Assembly (NCBI RefSeq): GCF_000281045.1
Contig: NW_008246070.1
Span: 87,543 to 151,542, forward strand
DNA: 64,000 nt
DNA from: Saprolegnia diclina VS20
Taxonomy: Eukaryota
Reading direction: 5' to 3'
Shown here: positions 38,001-51,200 of the stretch, piece after piece
How positions within the stretch are numbered: position 1 is the stretch's first letter
Layout of the letters: each line of letters starts with the position of its first letter
Notes under the pieces: model-generated
Database searches by the model: none
What the model was told of the DNA's origin: nothing
The model's input: the letters and a program-made list of their open reading frames with translations, nothing else
Made by a program: the position numbers and the translations under genes

Positions 38001-41000
38001 CGGCGACCGCTGCCTCTTTCTTTGGAAACACGACGTGCAGAAAATCAAGGGCTCGAGAGCATCCACCTCGCCTGTGCGGTCGCCCATCAAGGGCCACGAA
38101 GACGACGTCGATATGGACCTCGTCCGCGGCTCGGAAGGCGACGAGTTCATGGCGGTCAAGCCCTGGATCGGCGCCATCGTGCCGCCCTCTAAGCTACCAG
38201 TGGTCGACAACACGCAGCCGCCGTCGACGACGTTGCAACTTGCCCACGCCTATGGGTAAGCACCACGCTGATACGAGAGATAGGACGTGGGCTCTGTGTA
38301 GCTACCAAGCGCAGGCGGCGTCCAACAACGTTCGTTTTCTCTCCAACGGTCGGATCGTGTACCACGTCGCCGCCCTCGGCGTTGTCTACGACAGCTCGAC
38401 CAACACGCAGACCTTCTTCGAGGTACTTACCCACTCGTTGAGCATTTGACAAGGGCTAGGTGTAGGGGCACGACGATGACATTGTGTGTCTCGCGCTCCA
38501 CCCCAATGGCAGCTGCGTCGCAACCGGTCAAATGGGCAAACCGCCGACGATCCATGTGTGGGAGCTCACGAGCGCCAAGGCGGAAAAGGCCACCGAAAAG
38601 TGCATCAGCCTCGCCTCTCTCAAAGGCTTTCACAAGCGCGCTGTACCGGCACTGGCATTTTCGACGGTAAGTGCCTTGCAATCGCTACTGCTCGACTATT
38701 TGTGGGACATTAGGACGGATCCAAACTGTGCTCGATCGGGAACGACGACGACCATAGCTTGGCTATCTACAAGTGGAAAGAAGGGGTCATCGTGGCGTCG
38801 GGCAAAGGCGAGCGCAACAAGGTACGTCGTGTGCCAAAGTGTGCTGGCGACGAATAGGGCGGTAGGTGGTTGGTGTGCTGCACCACCCAGGCACGAACGA
38901 GTGGGTCTCGTTTGGAGACAAGCACCTCACACACTGGACCGAGCAAGGCCGCAACATCACGGGCAAGAAGGCGATTTTGGGCAAGCACGGTACCCCGCAG
39001 CTCTTCCACTGTGCGTGCATGATCCCAAATGCAACGGGGACCAACTCGGCCCCGACGCGCACTGTCGTCGGCACACAGGGGGGTGACATCTACTGCTTTG
39101 AGAACAAACATCTAATCAAGGTCCTGTCTGGGCACAAGGGCCCCGTGTTTGCCGTCGCAGTCTCCCGTACGTCGACGTGGCTCTCGCCATAGGATGTTCA
39201 TATTAGATCACAGCCTCCAAGCCCGAGTGGGTCAGCGGTGCCAAGGACGGCAAAGTCATCATATGGGACGTGCACTTGGCGCAAATCTCGTCGTTCGAAG
39301 TGGCGCCGCCGCTGACCAAGCTCTTCAACCTCTCGACCGAGACGGCCAAGCTCATGCAAGCCAGCTTTGGCGTGCGCAGCGTGTGCTTCAACAGCACCAA
39401 CACGCGCCTCCTCCTCGGCACGTACGGCAGCGACATTGTGCAGTTTGACCGCACGGGCGCCAAGGCCACGGTGGTGACGCAAGGCCACTATCAAGACGAA
39501 GTACGATGCGCCTTCGATTTCAACCGACTACAACCGCTTGTCCTACTAGTTGTGGGGTCTCGCGGTTCACCCGGACATGACCAAGCACGAGTTTTGCACC
39601 GTCGGCGACGACAAGACGCTGCGGGTGTGGGACGCTGTGCACAAAATGCAGCTCCGCGTCAAGGCCTTTGAGTGCATCGCGCGCTCGTGCGCGTACTCGA
39701 ATGCGGCGCCCTACTGGATCGCTGTCGGTCTCGGCGGACGCATCGAGGCTGGTCGCAAGCACCCCAAGTACGGCACACTAATTGTCGTCAAAGACGACGA
39801 GACGTTCGCCATGGTCTTTGAAGATAAGCCGTCGAAAGAGTGGCTCTCGGAGATCAAGTTTTCGCCCAACAACACGATGATAGCCGTCGGGTCGCACGAC
39901 ACGAGCATCTATCTCTACGCGATCAAGGGCAGCTCGATCGTCAAGACGGGCGTCTTCCGCAAGCATACGAGCTACATCACACACTTTGACTTTTCCAGCG
40001 ACTCGAAATACCTCCAGGTAACACCACATTCTCTTCTCGACACTGCCAACGCCATGCCTAGAGCAACTGCGGCGCGTACGAGCTCCTCTTTTCGGATCCG
40101 TCCAGCGCCAAGCACTTGACGTCGGCCAAGAGTCTGCGTGACGTCGCGTGGGAGACGTGGACGTGCACACTCGGGTGGCCTGTCCAAGGCATTTGGCCGC
40201 CGTGTGCCGACGGCACCGACATCAACGCCGTCCATCGGTCGTCCAACATGCAGCTTTTGGCGACAGGCGACGACTTTGGCAAGGTCAAGCTCTTTCGATA
40301 TCCGTGCGTCGCCAAGCACAGCGTCGCCTACGCGTACTCTGGCCACTCGTCGCACGTGACGAGCGTCCGCTGGCTGCACAACGATACGCATGTCGTGAGC
40401 ACTGGCGGCCTCGATCGGTCGATATTGCAGTGGCACCACGAGACGGGCGCCGAAGAAGACACCGCGATCGACGTCGGCAAGACGTCCCCGTCCAAAGCCT
40501 CGCTTGCGACCGCCTTGTCCAACGCCGGTGCCACCGAGGGCGACGACGAAGACGACCTTGTACGCCGTCTTGCCACGCAGCAAAAGCGAGCAATGTCATT
40601 TTAGGGGCTCCCCAAGACCTCAGTGCCAGTCGCGTTTCCCGCCGAAGGGGGCGGCGACGAGTTTATGGCTGTCAAGCCGTGGATCGGCGCTATCTGTGCG
40701 CCGAGCAACCCGCCCAAAGAGAACCCACGCGCCCCCGACATCCAACTACGGCTCGAGTGGTCGGTTCTACTCAATCTGGTACCTTCGACTACGTAATTGT
40801 GTAGGGTCTATGGCTACCAAGCCGACTTGGCGCGCAACAACTTGCGCTACAATGCCGACGGACAGATCGTGTACCATGCCGCAGCCGTTGGCATCATCTA
40901 CGATCGTCCGACCAACACGCAAAAGGTACTAACTACAAAACGCGTCTAGTATGTACTAATAAACGTCGCAGCACCATGTGGGCCACAACGATGACATCCT

Positions 41001-42956
41001 GAGCCTCGCCATCTCGTCCTCCGGGCGGTTCGTTGCGTCGGGCGAGCGCGGCAAAAAGCCCAGCGTCAGTGGCCGTCGTCTGCAGTAGAGACAAACGCAT
41101 CTCTTGCTCTAGATTCGCGTCTGGGATGCGCGCTCCGGTGCGCTCTTGAGCGAGCTCAAGGGCTTCCACGCCCGCGGCGTCCTTAGCCTCGCGTTCGCAC
41201 TCGACGAGAAGACGCTTGCGAGCGTCGGCGACGACGACGACCACAGTCTCGCGATTTGGGAGGACAAGGGCGGCGCGTGGAGCAAAGGAGTTCTCCAAAC
41301 CTCGACGCGCGGCGACAAGGCGCTCAACGTCTTTGCGCTGGCTGACGCACGCCACGGCCGCTTTGTACATCATTTTGGCCTCTTGCCTTCCAGCGGCTCA
41401 CAAATGTGTAGGTCACGGGGGGTGTCAAGCACGTTTTGTTTTGGACCGTCCAGGGCAAGACCGCGAGCTGCACCAAGGGCCAGTTTGGGAAGCTCGCGAC
41501 GATTCAAACTCTCTGGTGCGCGTGCAGCTTCAAGGACGACGCGACGCTGACGGGCGCGGACAACGGCGACATGTACCAATGGTGCGGCAACACCGTCACC
41601 AAGAGCGTCAAGGCCCACGACGGCGCGCTCACAGCACTCTACTCGACGTCCAAGCTCGTGCGCTCTGCCTCACATGCAACGTCATCGCTGATGCTGGCGA
41701 GTAGGACACCGTCGTCTCGGGTGGGAAGGACGGCAAGGTCTGCGTGTGGAACTCGTCGCTCCAGCAGACGAGCTCGTTCGTGCTCGAGAGCTTGTACCCG
41801 GTCTGCGGGCTTCGAGGCAAGACCGTGCGCAGCGTGTGCATGGACGCAAGCCAAACCAAGATCCTTCTTGGCACGTGGGGCAGCGATATCTTTGAGATCG
41901 ACGTGAGCAACGCGACGCTCGTGCTCGGGAAGCCCGTGACCGGCGGCCACTGTAAAGACGAGCTCTGGGGTCTCGCGGTGCACCCGATCGAGCCCCACAC
42001 CGTCTGCACCGTGGGCGACGACGCGGTCGCGCGCGTCTACAACTTGAAGCTCAAGACGTCGTGGGTGCTCATGGAGCTCGACGACATGGCGCGCGCCGTC
42101 GCCTACTCGCCCGACGGCCTGCTGCTTGCGATCGGATACGGCGGCGACCTTGGCCGCGGCAAGACCAAAGGCAACAAGCACGGCATGATTGGTTTCTACG
42201 AAGCGTCGACAACGACGGTCGTGCTGGAAGATCGCCCGTCCAAAGCGGCGATCAGGTGCCCGCCCGCACTGTGTCCAACGGCTGAGGTTGCGTAGCGAGG
42301 TCAAGTTTGCAGCGTCCGGGGCTATCGCGGCGTTTGGGTCGCACGACGACAAGATCTACATTTACAGCATCCAGGGCACTGGCGCGAGTGCGAGCATCGT
42401 CAAGAAGCAGGTGTTTGCCAAGCACATGAGCTACATTACGCACTTTGATTTTTCCCGCGACGGCAAGTACCTCCAGGTACAGCGAGCCAACTGCACGCAA
42501 AACTCATGCGGTAGCTAGTCCAACTGCGGCGCGTACGAGCTTCTCTTTTGCGAAGTCGAGTCGGGCAAGCAGATGCGGTCCGCCAAAGCGCTCAAGGATG
42601 TCATCTGGGACTCGTGGACGTGCACCCTCGGGTGGCCCGTCCAGGGCATTTGGCCCGAGTGCGCTGACGGCACCGACATCAACAGCGTCTGCGCGTCCAA
42701 GTCGCGCGCCTTCATTGCCACAGGCGACGACTTTTCCAAACTCAAAGTGTTTCGGTACCCATGCTTGACCAAAGGCGTACGCATCTATCAATGTTTCAAG
42801 ATCGTATCAAGCTGATGACGGTAGGCCAAGTGGGTCCAAGGCGACGGCCACTGCTCGCACATCACCTGCGTGCGCTTTACGTGCGATGACAAGTACATTG
42901 TGTCGGCCGGCGGGAACGACCGCGCCGTGCTGCAGTGGAAGCTGCTGGACCCGTAA
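35027..42956 (+). CDS. EF-hand + echinoderm microtubule-associated protein-like (EML5/EML6-type) protein with three HELP/WD40 (TAPE) modules
   Basis: MGNVVG N-terminus, EF-hand FDSWDMSEDG.LDIDE, three GDEFMAVKPW starts (~35926, ~38138, ~40652), L.W..GY HELP motifs, repeated WTC.LGWPVQGIW and ATGDDFGKVKLFRYPC; many short introns; stop TAA 42954-42956. Confidence 0.9.
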
Positions 42957-43016
42957 GAAGAAGCGTCTATGAGAGTATATTACGGTGGCGATTATGACAT
43001 TGATGGGGCACAGCGT

Positions 43017-44502
43017 TTAGCTGCAAAAGGCGTGCGGGTGCACCTTTTGCTTGGCGCGGTTTGCATCCGGCAGCGGAAACCACTGGTCGTTCGACGCGAT
43101 CGTGACGTCCGGGTTGAGTGACTGGACGGCCGTGCGCAGCTCCAGCGGCAAATACGACTCCCGGTACTGCATCTGGAGCGCCTTGTTGGACCGCAACTGG
43201 GACTGCACGGCTTGCACTGCGAGCACGAGCAGCGTCGACGGCTCAAACGCGAGCGCAAGCCGGTGGACGTCGCTGTTGCGCTCAATGCCGTTGGAGCCGC
43301 CAAAGACGTACATGGCGCTCTCCCACATAACGCCCGTGTGAAAGTCCCGCGCATCCGGCGCCTTGGCGTCCTCCGACTAGCATCGCAATGAGCAATCCGA
43401 TGTGATGCTATGTCGTACCAGTCGGACCCACGTCGACGTTGCCAAGTCCAGCGAGCTCAGTTCGTTCAGGCGCGTCTACCTCGCATGAGCTACCAAGAGA
43501 GATGCTGCGTGATGGACATACCCCGGTTTCGTCGCGCCCGCCAAACATGAGAAATGTCGCTTTCCCACTCGACGTCGTGTGCAGAACGACGCTGTGGGCG
43601 ATGCGCGACCGCGGCAGATCGCCGACGCACTCGACTTTGGTCCAGTGTGACGACAGCGCGTCAAATTTATACATGTCGATGGGCCCTTTCGGCGGGTCAT
43701 AGAGACCGCCGCCAATGATGTACATGTCGTTGCCCGACACGACCGCTTGGTGCTTGTAGCGTGGCGACGGCTTGGTGCCAGTCGCGGCTGCGCAGCTCCA
43801 CGTCGCGGTCACTTGGTCAAAGATAAAGAGGTCGTTGACATAGACATGCCCCGAGGTACCGCCGAAGAGGTAGAGCTTGGAGCCGATCGCGACCATGCTC
43901 TGGCCGTACCCCGGCGGTGGATGCGTACCGGCCGTTGTGACCACGCTCCACTTTTGCGTTGCGAGCGTAAACTGGAGGAGCTTGCCCATGTTGGTCTGGC
44001 CCCAGTGCGGGCCTGAACCGCCAAAGAGGTACAGCTTGGTCTCGTCGGCCGAGGCGCACCACGCGTGGGACGCGCGGCCGTCGGGCGACACGACGCCCTT
44101 GTTCTCGAGCTTGGTCCAGTGGTGGTGCGTCAAGTCGAACGCATACAAGTCAAAGTGGCAGTTGCCGTCGTTGTAGCCGCCAAAGACGTACATCATGCCA
44201 TTCACTAGACACAGAAATGAGGAAGCGAAGGCGCCAGCGCATTGCAGACGCACCGACAACAGACGCATGGCCGCTGCGCACGGGCGGCTGCGCGCCCGAG
44301 ACCCGCAGCTTGGTCCAGAGGCTCTCTGCAGACACGCGAGTTAGCAGGATAGACAGGCGGCGGCGTGCGAACCGTGGTCTGTGGTCTCGGGCTCCGGGTC
44401 CTCCTCGGCCGGCTCGTCCACGGCAAAGCCGAGCCGCCGGGCGAGCCGCGACTGCGCCCAGCGCGGGCTGTTCTTGATGAGCTTGAGGAGGTCGTCGAGC
44501 AT
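43017..44502 (-). CDS. KLHDC10: KLHDC10-like kelch protein with C-terminal BC-box-like motif (putative cullin-RING substrate receptor)
   Basis: MLDDLLKLIKNSPRW..., PPVRSGHASVV, FGGSGPHWGQTN, GYGQSMVAIGSKLYLFGGTSG, PSPRYKHQ, DFHTGV, then EPSTLLVLAVQAV...YLPLELR. Confidence 0.82.
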
Positions 44503-44735
44503 GCTTGGATGGGGCCGGCGCCGCTTTTCTCTGTTTGCTGCTGTTTCGGATCTCGCCGGATCTGATTGCTCGAGATAAATGTGCCAGCCAATCAAAGACG
44601 CCGAGAGGGTCCTATTTTTAGCCAGTCAAAAGGCGCGAAACTCCCCACCGCTTCAGAGGAGGCGCGGCTCGTGAGCGCGTCAAAGATACGAGAAATACAC
44701 CGTCAAATTACTCAATATTGCCGCAAAACGCAGCA

Positions 44736-45014
44736 TTACAACGAGCCGTACTTCCATTCGAGCAGCTTCTTCAACGTCGAAGCCGACACGGGGTGCCCGA
44801 GGATACGGCCAATGTGCATCGCCGCTGTCGCTTGAAGCTTGTCCAAGGCCGAGACGTCGGCGTCGGCCTTCATTTTCGCCAGCAAGTGGCGCAGCGCCTT
44901 GGCGTCTTGCTGGTTCACGTAGCTCTTCTCGTACGCGGTCTCGCGCTCGGCCCATTTGTCCGAGAAGGCGCGGAGCCCGACGCGGCGAACAATTTGGCGC
45001 TGGACTCGAAGCAT
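44736..45014 (-). CDS. Small mitochondrial protein, ATPase inhibitor IF1-like
   Basis: Arg-rich presequence MLRVQRQIVRRVGLRAFS, then DKWAERETAYEKSYVNQQDAKALRHLLAKMK (IF1-like F.ERE.A.E..Y pattern). Confidence 0.65.
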   Translation of the reverse strand: MLRVQRQIVRRVGLRAFSDKWAERETAYEKSYVNQQDAKALRHLLAKMKADADVSALDKLQATAAMHIGRILGHPVSASTLKKLLEWKYGSL

Positions 45015-45280
45015 CTTATTTGCAACTGGGTGGAACTGGCTTGGTCGCCTGCATTTCGACCACGTTGAAGTTGTTATCAAACGCCTTCTGATTGGTCCAT
45101 CTATAATTTCATCAGCGAATGAGAGTGCTTGAAATTTCGAATTTGGCCGCCCTTCGCTCAATGTCGCGCCCCAACATATCTTGAACGATCGGTCGATTAA
45201 GCTGCACCAATAAGACGCAAGAGCTTCGTGGGACGCTGCAAGGACGAGCAGCAAATACAAAATCGCCAAACGGGAATGGA

Positions 45281-48200
45281 TTAGCGCTTTGATTTCTTCT
45301 TCGTGGCGTGCTGGTAGCTGCGGAAGATGGCGTCGGCGTCGGCATCCGGGTGGTTCCACTGCGTCGATCTACGTACCCTGTAGCCAAGCTCCCTCAGGAC
45401 TGGTTCCCGCACCTGGCAACAAAGTTGCGAAAGTAGGGCTTGCCGCCGTTCGTGAACTGCATGTCCCACTTGTCTGGGAGCTGCGCTTGCAGGTAGGCAA
45501 ACACCTCTTCGTCGCTCGTTGGCTCGAACGCCACCTACACACAGTGAAGCGCTTGTCTTAAGGCGGATGCATACGTTATTGCTTCGTTGCTCGTCGCTCT
45601 CGTCCCGCGCTGCGACTGGTGTCGTCTCGGGCTTGAGACTCTGCAGAGCAATTGCTGGGAGCTACGTTGTGAAGAAGGGTGGGTACCTTGAGCTTTGTTG
45701 GTCGTTTGGGAGGCTCGGCATTTGGTGTCGCAACGGGCTAGAGCGCATGACAGACTCGGTATGAAGGGCTCGATGTATACCTTGACAGCGTGCGGTCGCT
45801 CCGGCTTGACAGACGCCGGTTGCTCTGCCTTCTCGGCGGGTCGCTTGGTTACCCTCTCGACAGGCTCCTTGGCAAACACGCTATCACAAAGTATGAAGGG
45901 ACTAGAGACGCACTTGTGGCGTCTCGATAGGTGCTGAGGTCTTTGTCGGCTTCTACGCGATATCTTGAGCACCTCTCAAAGTGCATCAAAGTACCGCAGG
46001 CGACTCGGCCGCGTCGTCGGGCACCTAGTCGAGATCGTAGCAATGTATACCTCACAAGAGGTAGTACCTCGGGACTTGGTGGCTGCTCGATGCGTGGCGT
46101 CTACGCTCCGAGTCTCAGAACCAACAGCAGCGACTTGATGCCGTACACTCGGCTTTTTGGCGATGCTGGTTCGCGGCGACGGCTCCAAAGCAGCGCGAGA
46201 TGCGGCGCGACTGAGTGCCACGTCACCGCTCAGCCGCGCAAAAAACTCTACGTACAAAGCTCATGGAAGCCGGAATCGAGTCGGGAGCTGTACCCGGGAT
46301 CGAGACGATGCCGGAGGAATCTGGGTCTAACAGCGCAAGGACATTTTGGCGCTGAGCGGCGTCCAAGCGCAGGCCAAAGTCATCGAGCACTTCTTCCAGC
46401 GCCGGCACGGCGACCTTCCCGGGCGTCTCGGCAACAGCCACCATGGCTTTCTTGAGGCCGTTGAACGGTCGGTCGGGGCACCGACGACTCAGTGTCGCCT
46501 TGAGCGCTGCAAACGCTGCTGACGCCGACGCGTCACCAGGTGCTACCTCCTCGACACGTGGAGTACGTGCTTCGAGTTTGGTCATTTGTTGTTGCAGTGC
46601 TGCGAGCCTAGACCAAGCTTGCATCAGCTCTTACGCTCCGACGACGAGGACCGACTTGGCTTCGGTGGCGGCCTGTTGCTCGGCAGCCTCTTGCTTGAGC
46701 TGCTCGTATTTCCGCTTCCACTTGAGTAAGTTGTTGCTCGACGTCGTCTCGGTGGGCGCTGGCTCGGGCTTGGCCTGCAGCTGGGCCTCGAGCTCGATGA
46801 TACGCTGCTTGAAGCGGGTGACTTGGCCGTCGTCAGTAGTCGGTGCCACTGGTGTTGCCGGTACGCTCGCCATGGTTTTGAGCTTGGGCGTCGACTTGAC
46901 TGCGGCCGCAGCGTCGATCGCGCGACCGTCGCCGCCCTTGGTCTTCATCTCAAACTGCACTTGGAGCTCGATTTGGCCCGTGCAGAGCTACGTCGTTGCA
47001 TGAACACACAGTGCAGTGACCCATCCTCAAGACCTCGGAGACTGGGTCGTAGATGGCAAACCACGAGTGCACGCCGTAGCCCTCGCGCGCCATCGTCGAC
47101 GCGATCGAGACTTCGGTTTCGCCAATGAGCCGGTCGGACCGCGGCTGCTTGTTGTACAGGCGAATCAAGAGCTTGGGCGTGATCGTGCGGCCGAGCTTCA
47201 TCTTGCTCAAGAGCGCCAACCACTGCTTCTCGACGTCCGGGTTGACGTCCGGGTCGAAGAAGTTCACGTTCCAATTGGTGGGGGTCCCGACGACCTCGTA
47301 GTCGCTCGCGGTCGCGGGATCGTACGCCGTGCAGTACAGATGCGGCGCCTCGGCGTTCGATGGCACCGTCCGCCGGACGCTCACGACCACAAAGTGCAAC
47401 GTCCGCGTCGCGCTCTGACTTAGCGCCGGGAGCGACGTGAACGGAATCAAATTCGTGCCCGAGCTGTCGGGACGACCCAAGATCGGCTGCGTATCGACGT
47501 ACACGACCGGGCGGTCCGACCTGTGGACGCACTCGTCGGGCTCGCGCACGAGGACGGACGTCGAGTAGCTCCATTGCGGTGTGCAGCCGCCTACACCCTC
47601 ACATGTTGCAGCACCGGAAAGAGGAGGAAGGGAATACCGCCGTCGTCCGGGGGCGTCACGAACGTGTCGCCTTGCGGAAGCAGCTGGATCGATGCATATG
47701 CATTACGAAGGCCCGCGAGACACGCTTTGAACTCGGCCCAGGACAGCCACATGCTCGTGGGGTGGTCGAGCACTTCGAGGTGCACGCGGAGATTCGAGTG
47801 CGCTTGGCGAAAGAACGCGGCGAGCGCCGGCAACGCCTGCAGCGCCAGCATCGTGTACGGCTGCAGACGCATGTTGGCCCGGTCCAGCGTCGCGCGGTCG
47901 ACGCTAAACTCGAGCATCGCGGGGGAGACGGCCCAGAAAAAGGGCACGCGGGTCGACTGCAGTAGCCGCCGGAGCTTCCCGACAAAGCCTACGTCGCCGA
48001 TGAGCGCAAGCCTCTCGGATTCGGCTACTTTGGCTCTCGAGAAACTCGACGAACGGCTGCTTCTTGCCATTGTCGTCGCGAAAGCAAATGCGCAGGCGCC
48101 GCAAGAGAGCCAAGAAGTACGCATTCAGCTCTGGGTACCACTCGGCGTTGACGACGCCCAAGGACCAATGGCTCGCACCAGGTGCCCTACACCCCGCTAA

Positions 48201-51200
48201 GATCCTAGTCGAGGTGTAGGGTACGTACGGTCGGCGGTCAAAGAGCGGGACGCCCCGCGTGTCCATGTCTGCGTCCACGAACGACAACGTCATCGCTTGC
48301 TTGAGCATCGAGTCGAGCACGCGCACGTGGAGTGACTTGTCAGTGCTGAAGGCCAACGTCACTTGGTACATTTGCTGGCCGCTGCCGACGCGCGCCATGC
48401 GCTGGAGCGTCCGGCGGAGCTTGTCTTCGAGGCGCTGGAGCGTCGTATACCTACCCACTTCCTATGATCCTCATTTTCAAGCTCAGAAGGACCTCGACAA
48501 CGAGAGAAAAAGGCCACGCGAGACGTCGTGCGTCGCGACCGGCGGCAGCTGCGCGTCGCGGTATCGAAGCGCGTCGAGCGCCAAGGCGACGCACACTTGG
48601 TTCTCGATCGCGAGGCTGTCGAGATCCGGCGTCTCGAGCACGCGAAGGCCGCGCCGGAGCAGCCCCTCGATGAGCGGTCCTTGCTCGCGCTGCTCGACGT
48701 GGGCCGGCCCGAGCTTTTCCCACTCGAGTTCTTCGTCTTTGGCGGCGATCTTGAAGAGGCGCTGGATGGCGCTGCTGACGACCTCGACCGAAAAGCCTTG
48801 GAGCGTGCCACCAAGGCCCGCGGGCGCCTGGAGCAGCGCCAAGAGCACGTCCCCAGCACAGGCCAAGGACGGACTGTAGATACACGGCGTGCACGCAAGC
48901 GCAATGCGCTGCAGCGAGAGGACGTCGACGGCGAGTCCGATGCGGTCCAGGAGCGTCTTGCTGAGCCAGAGAAGTTCGTGGACGGGCATGCCCACATGCA
49001 GCGTCTGCAGCGCCGTCTTGACGTCTCCTTCCACAACACGGTGCTCTTTGATGCGCTGCTCCAAGTCTAAGAGCGTCTCGACCAGCGCGCGCTCGCGGGC
49101 CCGTGTCGTCACACCTAAAACCCATCGACATTTAGTATCAAGTGGGAAGTTGATACAAACCATACTGGTCTCGGCGCTCACAAACGTCGCAAAGTCGGAC
49201 AAGAAGATCTGGCCGTGCTCGCGCTGGAGGCGGTGGCACAGCAAGCGTACGTCAAGCGCGGTGGCTTCGAGCCCGACGCAGCTCAAGAGCAATGCGAGCT
49301 CGTCCGTCGCGATCGAGCCGTCGCCGTTGACGTCGAAGCGGGCAAAGAGCTTACCGATGCTCTCGCACTCGTCCGTGCTGCCGTCGATGACGGGCAGCGC
49401 CGCCATGCGCTGAAAGACGACGTTGTCTCTGGCCCAGCGCACATCGAGCGCCGATTTGCTCACGACTTCGAGCGTCGGCGTCGTATGCGCCGTCACGATC
49501 CACGGCGTCGGGGTGTTGGCGATTGCGCCGAGGACGTCAGCGACCAAGTCGACAAGCACCGACTCGATCCACGGCACAAGCAGCGCCCGCTCGGCCGCCT
49601 CGAGCGTCGTCCGGCGGCCTGCGCGCGGCGACCGACGCCACGTCTCGTCGTCGTCCTTGACCATCTCGGGGGCCCACGCGGTCTCCTTCCCGAGCATCCA
49701 GCGCTTGAACTCGTCGAGGCTCAGCGTGCCGTTCCCATCGACGTCGAGCTCTTCCATGAGCGCCGCTATCTGCGCGTTGGAGAGCGGCGGGTGGAGCGCC
49801 AGCTTTTCCAAAAACTACCAGTCTCTCTCACTCGCACATCGATGAGCCTAACGAGTACCTTGGTGAACTCGGCGACGGTCAAGTCCCCCGAATGGTCTTC
49901 GTCGAGCGTCGCAAACATCTCGTCGAGCGCAATGAGCTGAGCGTCGGACGCCGCGAGCTTGGAGAGCAAGACGGAGCGCAGCTGCATGCCGAGCACCTCC
50001 ATGTTGCCGTGCTCGTGGAGGTAGCAGTCGTCGCAAAACTTCTCGCACGCCGGGAGCTTGCCATAGCAGATCGTACAGAAGACGTGGACGCAGCCTTGCG
50101 CGCTGCAGGTGAGCTCCATGCTCCCGTCGCCCTTGCCCGAGAGGATGACGGCTGCGTGGCAGTCGATGCAGTGCAGTGTGTTGGTGCCCGTCTTGCGCCC
50201 GCCGAGGAGCCGCGGCAAGCTTGCGAGCTTTTGCTTGTCGCCGCAGACCTCGGCCTTCTTGAGTTGCATGCGGCGGAAGCGCTCGGCGCGCTTGGCCTCG
50301 AGCGACTGCATGTAGCTGCTCGTGTGCAGCTTCAAGTGGAGATCGTTGCCGTCCCGTGGCGTCTCGGTCGCGACGGGAGTGGTCGTCGCCGTCTCGAGCG
50401 CCATCCAGCTGAAGCGCGTCTTTGTCTCTGCGAGCGGCGGCGCCGTCCTGCGATCCTCCTCCTCCTTGGCGACAGCGGCTTGGAATTTCGCGCTCACGGC
50501 CGCCAAAAAGTGCAGCACGGGCGTCGTGTCATGACGCACGAGCTTCTTCTTGGGGCCGCGCCGGCGCGAGCCGCTGCGAAGTTTGGCGGGGCCTTTGACG
50601 ACCTCGAGAAGCGACGAGATGCGACTCTGGAAGATTGGGTCGTGCGGCCGAAGCGAGAGCAGAAACTTCGGGTGCAGCTCGGCAATGAGCGACGGGATCT
50701 CGTCGAGCACTTCCATCATGCACGCCTCTTGGAGCGCCATGTCTTTGGGACCAAACGTCAGCGCTGGGAACGAGAGAAGCGGGGGCGTCGTCTGCAGCAC
50801 CTGGACGCTCTGGAGGTCCTTGCCGCCAATGAGCCGTAGCGTCAGAGTGCCTTCTTGGTTGACCTTCTCGGGCACCTCTTCGTCTTCCTTCTCGGGCACG
50901 ATCGACACGACGCGGTCTTCGTCAATGTCGCGGACAAAGATTTCAAGGAGCGCGCTCGCATGGATCGTGTTCTTCTTCTCGAGATCGAGGCCTTCGAAGA
51001 GGACATTGACCTTCTCGTCACTCACTTCGTCCATCTTGAACCCGAGGTTTAGCATCCGCCGCTTGAAGTCGGCGCGCCGCATCGGTCCGGCATTGGTAAA
51101 TTCGCGCTTGGCTTCACGAAACCCTATCCCTAGAGACAATTTGTTGATTCAATAAATTTGGACTATGGATGAGGACCTTTGAGGCGGGCTTGGGCGAGAA

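Noticed and set aside
35900..42900. Repeated nucleotide blocks (e.g. gggtggcc.gtcca.ggcatttggcc, gacgagtttatggc.gtcaagcc.tgg) suggesting a repeat element
   Set aside because: They are the three homologous TAPE modules of the EML gene.
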